In this document: in pieces, positions 44,374-53,678 of the stretch | How the letters are laid out: each line of letters starts with the position of its first letter | How positions within the stretch are numbered: the first letter of the stretch is position 1 | DNA from: Alphaproteobacteria bacterium | GTDB lineage: Bacteria > Pseudomonadota > Alphaproteobacteria > Rhizobiales > Xanthobacteraceae | DNA: 64,000 nt | Direction of reading: 5' to 3' | Assembly: GCA_034669045.1 (NCBI GenBank) | Contig: JAXDOD010000102.1 | Coordinates: 12,192-76,191 of the forward strand | Position numbers and translations under genes: made by a program | Notes under the pieces: generated by a model | Told to the model about the DNA's origin: nothing | The model's database searches: none | Seen by the model: the letters and a program-made list of their open reading frames with translations, nothing else

Positions 44374-45459
44374 ATGATCATCACTCAGACGCCGTTCCGC
44401 ATTTCCTTTTTTGGCGGCGGCACCGATTTTCCCGCCTGGTATCGAACGAATGGTGGCGCAGTGCTCTCGACCACCATCGACAAATATTGCTATCTCACGT
44501 GCCGGCATTTCCCGCCGTTCTTCCCCAATGCATTCCGGATCGTCTGGTCGCACATCGAGCCGGTCTCCTCGATCAGTGAAATCCTGCATCCCGCCGTGCG
44601 CGAAGGCCTGCGGATGATGGGCTTCACCGATCGCGAGGGCCTCGAGATTCACCATCAGGGCGACCTGCCGGCGCGGGCGGGGATGGGATCGAGCGCCGCC
44701 TTTGCCAATGGCCTCATCCTCAGCCTGCATGGCCTCAAGGGCGAGCAGGTTGACAGGGAAACGCTCTACCGCGAGGCGATCGAGCTCGAACAGAGCTGGC
44801 TCAAGGACGACGTCGGCTCGCAGGACCAGGTCGCGACCGCTTGCGGCGGGCTCAACACCATCTCGTTCGGCCCAGGCGATGCCATCAAGGTTGCGCCGCT
44901 CCGCTTGCCGGAACGGCGCATCGAGATGCTGGAGCAGCAGCTCATGCTGTTCTACACGGGAACGAGCCGCCTTGGCCCCGACATCGCCAAGAAGACGCTT
45001 TCGCATCTCTCCGAACACGCCGACGACCTCCGCCATATGCGCAAGATGGTCGACCGGGGCATCGACATTCTCACCGGCGACGGCAACCTGAGCGCCTTCG
45101 GCGGCCTGCTCGACGAGGCCTGGCGCTACAAGCGGCGCCTCAGCAGCAGCATCAGCAACAGCCGCATCGACGACATCTATGCCCGCGCCATGGCGCACGG
45201 CGCGCTCGGCGGCAAGCTCCTGGGCGCGGGCGGAACGGGCTTCATGCTGTTCTACGTCCCGCTCGAAAGGCAGAAAGCCATTCGCGATGCCTTGCCGTCG
45301 TGCCTCCACGTCCCGTTCAAGCTCGACGACAAAGGCGCGTCGATCATCGCCAACAACAGCAACACCATGGCGCGCACGGAAATGCCGGCGTTGTCCAGTT
45401 CGCCAAGCGACGATGGCATGCCCCTGAATGCCCTACCCTCCTTGACCAAGATCGGCTGA
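44374..45459 (+). CDS. hddA: GHMP-family sugar kinase, D-glycero-alpha-D-manno-heptose 7-phosphate kinase (HddA)-like
   Basis: MIITQTPFRISFFGGGTDFP... N-terminus typical of HddA-type kinases, plus the GHMP motif PARAGMGSSAAF. Confidence 0.75.
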   Translation: MIITQTPFRISFFGGGTDFPAWYRTNGGAVLSTTIDKYCYLTCRHFPPFFPNAFRIVWSHIEPVSSISEILHPAVREGLRMMGFTDREGLEIHHQGDLPARAGMGSSAAFANGLILSLHGLKGEQVDRETLYREAIELEQSWLKDDVGSQDQVATACGGLNTISFGPGDAIKVAPLRLPERRIEMLEQQLMLFYTGTSRLGPDIAKKTLSHLSEHADDLRHMRKMVDRGIDILTGDGNLSAFGGLLDEAWRYKRRLSSSISNSRIDDIYARAMAHGALGGKLLGAGGTGFMLFYVPLERQKAIRDALPSCLHVPFKLDDKGASIIANNSNTMARTEMPALSSSPSDDGMPLNALPSLTKIG

Positions 45460-45497
45460 GCGCGCGCAACGGCGCCTTCCCGCCAGCGAGGATTCCG

Positions 45498-46007
45498 ATG
45501 AAAGTGTCGAAGGCCAAGCTCGACGGTGTCCTGGTCATCGAACCGCCGACGCAGTTCGAGGACTACCGCGGCGAATATGTGGAGATCTACAACGATGCGC
45601 TCTACAGAGCCGCGGGCGTGTCCTTCGACTTCGTGCAGGACGACATTTCGGTGTCCTCGCAGCACGTGCTTCGCGGCATCCACGGCGACGCGCGAACCGC
45701 CAAGCTGGTGTCGTGCCTCCATGGAAAGTTCTATCTGGTCGTCGTGAACTGGGACGAGAGGTCGCCGCAGTATCGTCAGTGGGAGGCGTTCACGCTGTCC
45801 GACAAGAACCGTCTTCAGGTTCTGGTGCCGCCCAAGTTCGGCAATGGACATCTCGTTCTCTCGGAGATGGCGATCTTTCACTACAAACAAAGCACGCAAT
45901 ACGACCGCGCCAGCCAGTTCACGCTGGCCTGGAACGACCCGGCGCTCGGTATCTGGTGGCCACACAAGAATCCGATCGTCTCGCAAAGAGATGAGGGCGT
46001 ACGGTAG
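45498..46007 (+). CDS. RmlC-like cupin sugar-nucleotide 3,5-epimerase family protein
   Basis: DYRGEYVEIYN, VLRGIHGD, KLVSCLHGKFYLVVV and PPKFGNGH. The ATG at 45498 lies inside a longer track ORF. Confidence 0.8.
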   Translation: MKVSKAKLDGVLVIEPPTQFEDYRGEYVEIYNDALYRAAGVSFDFVQDDISVSSQHVLRGIHGDARTAKLVSCLHGKFYLVVVNWDERSPQYRQWEAFTLSDKNRLQVLVPPKFGNGHLVLSEMAIFHYKQSTQYDRASQFTLAWNDPALGIWWPHKNPIVSQRDEGVR

Positions 46008-46011
46008 CCGA

Positions 46012-48549
46012 TTATGCGTGCGGGGACGTCACGCGGCGCACGACCGCCCGGATGGTGCGGGACAGGCCGAGCGTGCGGAAATGCGCATGGACCTGCGCAA
46101 ACGGCCGCGCCAGTCGGCGCAGAGGGCGGGTCATTTTTCGTCTGATCGATGCCAGCGCACCCAATTCGGTTGCGGCATGGACCAGCGTCTCGAATTGCGA
46201 CGCCGCTACTCGTTCGCTCGGACGCGAGCGCAAGAGTTCCAGGCGCCGGCGCAATTCCTCGGGATACAGATGCTCGAACCGCGCAACGGCAAGAAACCCA
46301 TCGATGGCATCGTCATACCAGGTCGGCGAGCCGGACGTCGTGACGCTTCCCAGCCGATACCACATCGTAAGCAGGTCCCTGATCGCGTCCTGCCGATCCG
46401 CCCGATCGAGCGCAGGAACGACCTGATAGAGCTCCGAGAGCAGAATCGTCGGATACCTTTCGGCACATTCGCTGAAGGCGCCCACGATCTCGTCGCCGAG
46501 TTGCCGATCCCAGCCCGGCGCCCGGGCCAGCCGGCACAGCAATCGCAATCGCGTCCGCATCAGCGGCACGTTGTCGGGAAAGATCGCAAGCGACTTCCGA
46601 TAGCGCTCAAGAGCCATGCCCGGAGCATCGCGACGTTCCGCCAAAAGGCCGAGATAGCCGTGCGCTGCGGCGAGGAGCGCTTGTGCAGGCCGCCGCGATC
46701 GATCGATGCCGTCTCCACCGACGCCCGAATTCCTCGTCACCTCGCCGGACAAAACGAGCTGGTTGTACTCATAATAGGGAAAGACCTGATCGCGCTGGTG
46801 GAGAGTCATCGGGAGTGCCACGTCGGAATCCGTCGGCGACAGGAAGAGCCCGTCGAATTCGTCGATCAGATCCTGGAACCGCCCGTCCGCGTCGGGATTG
46901 GGTTTGGTGCTCTCGAAAATGCGCCAATGCGCGGCATTGAAGCGAAGCAGCAGCGATTTCGGAAACCGGGTCAGGCCTTGGTTAAGGAGCGCATAGGCGC
47001 GCTGGCGCCGCGTGCGCGCTCGCCTGTCCCGGTAGAGCAGCGCCAGATGCATGTTGATGGCGGCAGCATTGTTGTAATCGCGGTCATCCCATGACGGAGC
47101 CGGCAGGAGCCCGCTTTCGTATCGCTCGACTTTTTCGCGCACGTGCTCGCGTTCGAACATGACCCTGTCGATCGGCGGCGTGATCCATACCGAGCGCGGA
47201 CGGACCTGAACGGCCTCGCGCGGGCCTGTGCTCGTCCGCGGTGCCCGCCAGACCAGGGCGGAAAACGCAGCCACCTTCAGAAGACGCTCCATGTTCTTTT
47301 CGCGCGAGACCTGCCGCGCCGAGAAGACGCGTTTCGTATGCTCGTGGATCGTCGCCGGGTGGTACGGCGAACCCGGTCCGGCCGCATGGTGCTTCTCGAT
47401 GTGCGAGGCGATATCCGCCGCAATCTCGGTCTCGCGGAACGGAAAGCAGCCCGCCCCGATATTGGCGTAGCCGGACCCCTCGGGATAGAGCACGCAACAG
47501 GAGTGCGCGAGCGCGTCGAGCCACCGCGGTGAAGGCTGGCCGCTGTAACGATTGACAATGGGCACGAAACGAGCCCGCGCCAGCAGATCGAAATACCGCG
47601 CCTCCGGAATGTGTCCATCGACGATATGAATGCGATAGCGGGGTGACAGCCCGGCAAGCTGATAGAGAAAACGAGGCTTTTCCGAATGGAGGACATTGAG
47701 GGCGGCCCCGGTGAACAGGACGTCGATGTCTTTGTCGAGCCGCAGTGTCGGCTCGGGGAACGGCATGCACATCGGTTCGGTCAACAGGCTGGACAGGCAT
47801 GGAGCGCCGAGGGCGTGCTGCAGCTCGAAATGCTCCTGCGAGGTGCACGTCAGGCGCACGTCATGGGCCGCGAGATTGTCCGCCGCGCGGGACAAGAACA
47901 CGTCGGTGTCGTGACACCACAGCACCCGCGGCACGGTCACCCGCTCGAAATTCTTCGGCAGCATCCACTGCGGCGTCTGTGAGAAAATGAAATCGGGCCG
48001 CTCCTGCGCCACGAGACCATCGAGGAATGCGTCAAAAGGATCGTTCAGGTCGTTCGGCCAGGCATTCCGGTCGAACTGAGTCGCGTAATGGCTGACCTTG
48101 AACTGCCCATAGCGATGGACCGGCTGGCGGACACTCTGGTCGCCTTTGGTAAAGATCGGCAGGACCGCGGCCGGGGTAATGACCCGGATTTCCCCCGCCA
48201 CGATCAGCCGGCGCAGACGCACGGCCATCTCGGCTTCCGGCGAATTCGGCGGAATGCTTGCGAGCGCCGAAAGAGCATCGGCCGTGCGCTCGGCCAGCCA
48301 CAGCGCGAACGCCTTGATCAGCGCCCCTCGCGCGGACAGCACGGGGAAGCCTTCCAGCCGCTCCAGGCCTTGGGTCACCAGCCCTGCCATCACGACCGCG
48401 CAGGCCCGCAGTTCGCTGTCCTGCGGGGCGGTCTCCGAAACCAGCATGAAATCGCCGGCGGCCCAGGCGTGCTCAGGCGTCGGATAGGTCGACCGTATTT
48501 CCGCAAAGGAAAACCTGGACCGAAATCGGGGAGCGATCCGGATCGACAT
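46012..48549 (-). CDS. Large hypothetical protein (845 aa), translationally coupled to the heptose-activation genes; possible glycosyltransferase/TPR-like scaffold
   Basis: Long ORF with gene-like codon usage. The ATG at 48547-48549 forms an ATGA overlap with the upstream stop. The central segment (VLWCHDTDV...DVLFTG...ARFVPIVNRY) vaguely resembles CgeB/GT1-type C-terminal domains. The C-terminal third is helical-repeat-like. I recognise no firm motif. Confidence 0.6.
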   Translation of the reverse strand: MSIRIAPRFRSRFSFAEIRSTYPTPEHAWAAGDFMLVSETAPQDSELRACAVVMAGLVTQGLERLEGFPVLSARGALIKAFALWLAERTADALSALASIPPNSPEAEMAVRLRRLIVAGEIRVITPAAVLPIFTKGDQSVRQPVHRYGQFKVSHYATQFDRNAWPNDLNDPFDAFLDGLVAQERPDFIFSQTPQWMLPKNFERVTVPRVLWCHDTDVFLSRAADNLAAHDVRLTCTSQEHFELQHALGAPCLSSLLTEPMCMPFPEPTLRLDKDIDVLFTGAALNVLHSEKPRFLYQLAGLSPRYRIHIVDGHIPEARYFDLLARARFVPIVNRYSGQPSPRWLDALAHSCCVLYPEGSGYANIGAGCFPFRETEIAADIASHIEKHHAAGPGSPYHPATIHEHTKRVFSARQVSREKNMERLLKVAAFSALVWRAPRTSTGPREAVQVRPRSVWITPPIDRVMFEREHVREKVERYESGLLPAPSWDDRDYNNAAAINMHLALLYRDRRARTRRQRAYALLNQGLTRFPKSLLLRFNAAHWRIFESTKPNPDADGRFQDLIDEFDGLFLSPTDSDVALPMTLHQRDQVFPYYEYNQLVLSGEVTRNSGVGGDGIDRSRRPAQALLAAAHGYLGLLAERRDAPGMALERYRKSLAIFPDNVPLMRTRLRLLCRLARAPGWDRQLGDEIVGAFSECAERYPTILLSELYQVVPALDRADRQDAIRDLLTMWYRLGSVTTSGSPTWYDDAIDGFLAVARFEHLYPEELRRRLELLRSRPSERVAASQFETLVHAATELGALASIRRKMTRPLRRLARPFAQVHAHFRTLGLSRTIRAVVRRVTSPHA

Positions 48550-49811
48550 CAGCGATCGCTTCCGATGTCGTCGGGCCACGGCGTCAAACCGGTCGTGACC
48601 CCCGCTGCGAAGCGCCTGAGATCGCCGCCCTGGAACAGATGGCCGCGCACACCTGCGCTGCTCGCAGCCGCGAGGTCGGTCGGCCGGTCGCCGATAAGGA
48701 AACTCTGTTCCCGGCGCACCGGCCAATGCGCCATCAGGTCCTGCAGCATTCCACAGCCGGGTTTGCGCCAATCCGATTCATGACGGTATTCGCCGACTGC
48801 AGCTTCCGGATGATATGGACAATAGCGAAACGCGTCGACATGCGCGCCGATCTTTCCCAGCTCCTCATTGATCCACTCGTGCAGCAGCATCACCTGCGCC
48901 TCGGGATAAAGCCCGCGCGCGACGCCGGCTTGGTTGGTCACGACGAAGACGAAAAAGCCGCCGTCGTTGAGCGACTTGATCGTCTCCTTCGCGCCCGCGA
49001 TCCATTTGAACTGGTCGGGCCGGTGCACCCAGCCATCGTCGATATTGAGCACGCCGTCGCGATCCAGGAAGGCGGCGGCGCGCGTCGTTCGCTCCGGAAG
49101 AATGAGCTGGGCGCAATCGAGGTCCTCCGGCATGCCAATGTCGATGAAAAAGCCGCCGAAGCGCTGGCCGAACACGGCCCCGCGTTCGGCGAGGCCCGGC
49201 AGCACGTCGCGTTCGAGCGAGCATGGTCCCTGCCCGATTCTGGGGCCGATCGTCTGCAGAATCTCGCGCCGGAGCCAATACACGCCGCCATTGATGAGGC
49301 CCGGACCGGCGCATTCCGGCCGCTCGGCAAAGCGCACGATGCGCGAGCCCTGCAAGGCTACCGTGCCGTAGCGGCTGGCGTCGGCGACCTCACGCAACGC
49401 AAGCTTGGCGATCCACGGGCCATCGGACGGACCACAGGCGAGGTCGAGCAGGTTGATGTCGAACAGGCTGTCGCCGTTGAGCAGCAGGAATTCCTCATCA
49501 AGCGCGCCGGCCGCATGAGCGAGCGCGCCGGCGGTGCCGGCCGGCTCAGGCTCCAGCACATGCGTGATCTCGAGCTCGATGTCGTGGGCGATGCGACAAT
49601 GTCGCGGAAAGCGCTCGACCAGTGCCTGCGAACGGTATCCGCAGAGCAGGATCACCCGGCGGAAACCATGCCGGCCGACCTCCCGCAGCAGGTAATCCAG
49701 GAACGGCCGCCCGGCGACGTCGACCATCGGCTTGGGCAGACCACGCGTGCGCTCGCCGAGCCGCGTGCCGAGGCCGCCGACCAGGATCACGCACTGCTTG
49801 GAACGGGCCAT
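48549..49811 (-). CDS. Fusion protein: sugar-1-phosphate nucleotidyltransferase (HddC-like) + D,D-heptose 1,7-bisphosphate phosphatase (GmhB, HAD)
   Basis: N-terminal: CVILVGGLGTRLGERTRGLPKPMV. C-terminal: AAFLDRDGVLN, VVTNQAGVARG, CPYHPE, RKPGCGML and FLIGDRPTDL (HAD/GmhB motifs). The start is ATG at 49811 or TTG at 49835. Confidence 0.85.
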   Translation of the reverse strand: MARSKQCVILVGGLGTRLGERTRGLPKPMVDVAGRPFLDYLLREVGRHGFRRVILLCGYRSQALVERFPRHCRIAHDIELEITHVLEPEPAGTAGALAHAAGALDEEFLLLNGDSLFDINLLDLACGPSDGPWIAKLALREVADASRYGTVALQGSRIVRFAERPECAGPGLINGGVYWLRREILQTIGPRIGQGPCSLERDVLPGLAERGAVFGQRFGGFFIDIGMPEDLDCAQLILPERTTRAAAFLDRDGVLNIDDGWVHRPDQFKWIAGAKETIKSLNDGGFFVFVVTNQAGVARGLYPEAQVMLLHEWINEELGKIGAHVDAFRYCPYHPEAAVGEYRHESDWRKPGCGMLQDLMAHWPVRREQSFLIGDRPTDLAAASSAGVRGHLFQGGDLRRFAAGVTTGLTPWPDDIGSDR

Positions 49812-49827
49812 CGCGTGCACCGGCGTT

Positions 49828-50505
49828 TCACGCAAGCGCCTCCTCGACGAGTTCGCAGATCATGTGGCCGATGGCAATGTGCATCTCCTGGATCCGCGGC
49901 GTCCGCGCCGACGGCACGCAGATGCACTGGTCGCATAACGGCCGCATCCTGCCGCCGGATTCGCCGGCGAGCCCCACGGTGGCGATGCCGAGCTCGCGCG
50001 CCTGTTCGAGCGCGCGCAGAATGTTGCGGCTGGTACCGCTGGTGGAGATCGCCACCAGCACATCGCCGCCTCGCCCGATGCCTTTGACCTGGCGCGCGAA
50101 CACCTCGTCGAAACTGTAGTCGTTCCCGATCGCGGTCAGCGTCGAGCTGTTGGCGTTGAGCGCCATGGCGGCGAGCGGGCCGCGCTCGACCAGGTAGCGG
50201 CCCATCAATTCGGCGGCGAGATGCTGGGCGTCCGCCGCCGAGCCGCCGTTGCCGCAGAACATGATCTTGCCGCCGGTCCGCAGCGCCTGCGCCAGTGTTC
50301 CGGCGACCGCCTCGACGGTCTCGGCATGCCGGGTCAGCGCCTGGAAATTCCCCGCGATCTCCTCGAACGCCGAGCGCACGCGGTTCGTTTCCTTCGTCAC
50401 CTGCAAGCCTTTCTTTGTGATGGACGAGCTTCGTGCTGTCATTGCGGCACTCGCGCGCCCGAACTTGGCGGAAAGCCCGCGCCATTTCAAGCGCTGCACG
50501 ATCAC
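49828..50505 (-). CDS. gmhA: Phosphoheptose isomerase (SIS domain)
   Basis: KIMFCGNGGSAADAQHLAAEL, NDYSFDEVFARQV and VLVAISTSGTSRNIL. The start is GTG at 50505 (overlapping the upstream stop) or ATG at 50442. Confidence 0.85.
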   Translation of the reverse strand: MIVQRLKWRGLSAKFGRASAAMTARSSSITKKGLQVTKETNRVRSAFEEIAGNFQALTRHAETVEAVAGTLAQALRTGGKIMFCGNGGSAADAQHLAAELMGRYLVERGPLAAMALNANSSTLTAIGNDYSFDEVFARQVKGIGRGGDVLVAISTSGTSRNILRALEQARELGIATVGLAGESGGRMRPLCDQCICVPSARTPRIQEMHIAIGHMICELVEEALA

Positions 50506-51473
50506 GGCGCCTGCGCACGAACGAAGAACGACTGCGACCGGTTAAGCGCCAGCACCGCCTCGACCGCATCGGCCGGGAGGGGTCCAAGCGCGCTGGCCGC
50601 CGCGTTCTCATCGACTTCCGGCACGCTGAGCATCCCTGGAATGACCGCCGAGACCGCTGGAAAGGACAGGCAGAAGCGCAACGCCGCTTGCGTGTGGGAC
50701 GATCCCGGCGGATGCGGCACCGCCGCCAGAAGCTGCGCGGCGCCTTTGATCCACGCCTCGATCTGTGCCTGCGGCCAGTCGCGCCGGTGGTCCCCGGGCG
50801 GAAAAACGGTGTCGCCACGTATCGCACCCGATAGGAACCCGAAGCACAGCGGCGTGCGCGCGATAATGCCGACGCCTTGCTCGTGCGCCAACGTCAGCAG
50901 CCCGTTCTCGACCGCCCGCACGTCCATCATGTTGAGATTGACCTGCAGCGCCGACGGCCGCGCCGTTTGCAGGATTGCCAGCGCGTCCGCAGGCGACCGT
51001 GCCGACACTCCCCAGGCGCGGACCTTGCCCTGCCGCACCATCGTCTCCAGCATCTCCACCACGTCGCGACGGGCGAGCGTGTCGGGCTGCGCGTCGTGCA
51101 GCATGAACAGGTCGACGTAATCGGTCTGCAGCCGCCGCAGGCTCTGCTCGCAGGACTGCAGGATGTCCGGCGGCGCGAAGCTCGTTGTCTTGCCGCCCGC
51201 GACGTAGCCGGCCTTGGTCGCGATGACGACGCGGCTGCGCTCGGCGCGCAAGGCGCGGCCAATCAGCGTTTCGCTATGCCCGCGGCCGTAGATGCTCGAC
51301 GTATCGAAGAACGTGATGCCGAGATCGAGCGCGTGCCGCAACGCCGCCAGCGAGACCGCGTCGTCGGTGTCGCCATAGGAGGCCACGCCCTCGGTCCTGC
51401 CGCCGATGCCCCAGGCGCCGAATCCGATCTCCGAGATCTCGACGTCGCTGCGGCCCAGCCGGCGGTATTTCAT
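50502..51473 (-). CDS. Aldo/keto reductase
   Basis: MKYRRLGRSDVEISEIGFGAWGIGG, FFDTSSIYGRGHSE, VIATKAG and DLFMLHD. The ATG at 51473 lies inside a longer track ORF. Confidence 0.85.
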   Translation of the reverse strand: MKYRRLGRSDVEISEIGFGAWGIGGRTEGVASYGDTDDAVSLAALRHALDLGITFFDTSSIYGRGHSETLIGRALRAERSRVVIATKAGYVAGGKTTSFAPPDILQSCEQSLRRLQTDYVDLFMLHDAQPDTLARRDVVEMLETMVRQGKVRAWGVSARSPADALAILQTARPSALQVNLNMMDVRAVENGLLTLAHEQGVGIIARTPLCFGFLSGAIRGDTVFPPGDHRRDWPQAQIEAWIKGAAQLLAAVPHPPGSSHTQAALRFCLSFPAVSAVIPGMLSVPEVDENAAASALGPLPADAVEAVLALNRSQSFFVRAQAP

Positions 51474-51504
51474 TCGGACGATCCCGGCCCGGCAACGCGC
51501 GCGC

Positions 51505-53550
51505 TCAATAATGGCCGGCCAGTTCTTTTTCCGGGGCGCCGGCCCGCTTGTCATAGAGGTAGGCACCCTTCTTGTTGCCCCACCACACGACCTCGCGGCA
51601 CCAGGCCTGGAAGTCGTCATAGGGCTTGGAGGAGCGGTCGATGGTCTCGACCATCGGACGCACCACCAGCGTGGCCTCCTCGCCATTGCGCACCGCGTTC
51701 CAATAGCCGAGCAGGTCATAGTTCAGGCGCATGGTGAGGTCATCGCGGACGAACGGCTGGCGCACCAGCGCGCGGTTGAGCTTAACTGCCGCAGCCATGG
51801 CGTCGAGCGGCGCTGTGGGACTATGCGCGGTGACGAGGGCGAGCATCAGCCGGCCGGCCTCCTCGTAGAAGGCGTCGAACTTGCCTTCCGCGGTCAGCTT
51901 GATGAAGACGTATTCGTCGGTGGGCCAATAGATGCCGAGATAGTCCCTGGAATAGACGTATTCCGGCCCGCCCTGCTGGATCGACCGCGCTTCGTCCTCG
52001 AACAGCGCGACGATCGCCGCGATCGTCGGGAAGGCGCCGGCATCGGCGTTGATGAAGGCTTCGATCATGTCGCGATAGGCCAGGCCGGAAATGCCGTGCG
52101 CCAGCAGCAGCGGAATTTGGAACAGCTTGTCGAAATGCAGGAGCGCGGTCATCCAGCAGAAAATCCGCGTGCGGCGCCACTCCGCGTGCGGCATCGCCGC
52201 CGTCGCGATCACCAGATCCTGCACCTCGGGCACGTCGTCATCGAGCTCGACGCGCTCGCCGTGGATGTTGATGATTTTCGATTCGACCGAGATCATCCCG
52301 TATTTCGCCTGATACGCCGGGTCGCCCATTTCGGCATTCGGCAGGATGGCGAGATTGTTGAACTGGATGCGGTTGTGCTGGCCGCTCTCGATCAGGCGAT
52401 CGACGCCGCGCACGAAGGAGTCGTAGGTCTCGCCCGGCAGGCCGAGGATGAGATCGGAATAGGTTTCGACGCGGTCGCGCGTGAAGCGGCGCTGCAGCTC
52501 GAGATAAGTGTCGAGCGAGATGTTGTCGCGCTTGATCGCGGTGAGCGTAGGCGCATCGACGCTCTGCATCGACAGGGCGACGCCCTTGTTGAGACCGGCG
52601 TCGGAGAGGACCTTCTGCGTCTCGTACGCGCGTTCGGTGGCGTTCTTGGTGTTCTGCACCGAGAGCGCGATCGGATAGCCGGTCTCGCGCTTCACCTTGG
52701 CCACGTAGCGCGCGATGTCGACGTCGCGCTTCTTGATGCCAAAATTCGCGTCGCAGCAGAAGATGTATTCGACGCGCTTGTCCGCGAACCAGTCGACTTC
52801 CTCGAACAGCCGGTCGTCGCCGAACCGCGTGACCTTGGCCGCGGTCGCCGAGCCCCAGTCGCAGAACGTGCAGCGGAACGGGCAGCCGCGGTTGGTCTCC
52901 CACAGTCCGATCCAGCTCTCCTGCGGATTGGCCGCCATGAGACGGTCGAAAGCGCCTTCGAGGAACGGCGAGGGAATCTCGTCGAGGTCGTTGATGCGTG
53001 TACCGTTGGGGTTGCGCACGAACGTGCCGTCGGGCGCAAGAAAGCTCACGCCCGGTAGCGCGTCCCATGTGCGCCGAGGGAATTCTTCGAGAATGCGCAG
53101 GAAGATCGCTTCGCCCTCGTTGTGGACGGCGAGGTCCACCCAGGGATTGGCGCGCAGGAACGTCTCCGGCTGGTCGGGCACATGCGGTCCGCCGAACACG
53201 ATGAGCACGTTCGGATTGCGCGCCTTCAGGCGCCGCGCGATCTCCAGCGAGATGCGGCCGTTCCAAACATAGGTGCTGAACCCGACGAGATCGGCGTCGA
53301 CCAGTTCCTCGACGGCTTGCGCGATCCGCACCCGCTTGTAGAGCGGAAGCAGGAACCGGTAGCGCGACGGATCGGCTGCCTTCTTCTCGATATAGGACTG
53401 CAGGAGCGCGACCGAATAGGGCAGATAATTCTGGCCGGAGAACGAGTTATTGATCTGGACGAGCCCGACGGTCACGGGCGGGGAGCCGCCGCCGCGCGCC
53501 ATGGCTTTTGCCTGCGCCATCGGCCCTGTTGTCCCACCTGACCCTTCCAT
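51505..53550 (-). CDS. B12-binding-domain radical SAM protein (class B rSAM, methyltransferase-like)
   Basis: N-terminal cobalamin-binding-like domain (VGFSTYVWN...LIVFGGPHVP) and radical SAM cluster motif NRGCPFRCTFCDWG (CxxxCxxC). There is a C-terminal extension of roughly 250 aa. The start is uncertain (53586, 53550 or 53520). Confidence 0.85.
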   Translation of the reverse strand: MEGSGGTTGPMAQAKAMARGGGSPPVTVGLVQINNSFSGQNYLPYSVALLQSYIEKKAADPSRYRFLLPLYKRVRIAQAVEELVDADLVGFSTYVWNGRISLEIARRLKARNPNVLIVFGGPHVPDQPETFLRANPWVDLAVHNEGEAIFLRILEEFPRRTWDALPGVSFLAPDGTFVRNPNGTRINDLDEIPSPFLEGAFDRLMAANPQESWIGLWETNRGCPFRCTFCDWGSATAAKVTRFGDDRLFEEVDWFADKRVEYIFCCDANFGIKKRDVDIARYVAKVKRETGYPIALSVQNTKNATERAYETQKVLSDAGLNKGVALSMQSVDAPTLTAIKRDNISLDTYLELQRRFTRDRVETYSDLILGLPGETYDSFVRGVDRLIESGQHNRIQFNNLAILPNAEMGDPAYQAKYGMISVESKIINIHGERVELDDDVPEVQDLVIATAAMPHAEWRRTRIFCWMTALLHFDKLFQIPLLLAHGISGLAYRDMIEAFINADAGAFPTIAAIVALFEDEARSIQQGGPEYVYSRDYLGIYWPTDEYVFIKLTAEGKFDAFYEEAGRLMLALVTAHSPTAPLDAMAAAVKLNRALVRQPFVRDDLTMRLNYDLLGYWNAVRNGEEATLVVRPMVETIDRSSKPYDDFQAWCREVVWWGNKKGAYLYDKRAGAPEKELAGHY

Positions 53551-53678
53551 AGGTATTATTCCACCACGGCCCTGATTGCGTCTCACGCGGAAAGCGGGTT
53601 TGTCCCGGTTCCGGACCTGTTCACCCGCAGATCCGCAAACTACAACGCGCGGCGCATCAACTCAACTCGCGGCCGGCC

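Noticed and set aside
51406-53058. A 550-aa + strand ORF opposite the radical SAM gene. Similar large antisense ORFs are 54640-56232, 57666-58862, 58531-59781, 59844-61181, 60184-61338, 45844-47094, 48639-50087, 49787-50827 and 28324-29403.
   Set aside because: All lie antisense or out of frame to genes with strong family signatures. They show high-GC shadow-ORF composition (Arg, Ala, Gly, Pro excess) and no recognisable motifs.
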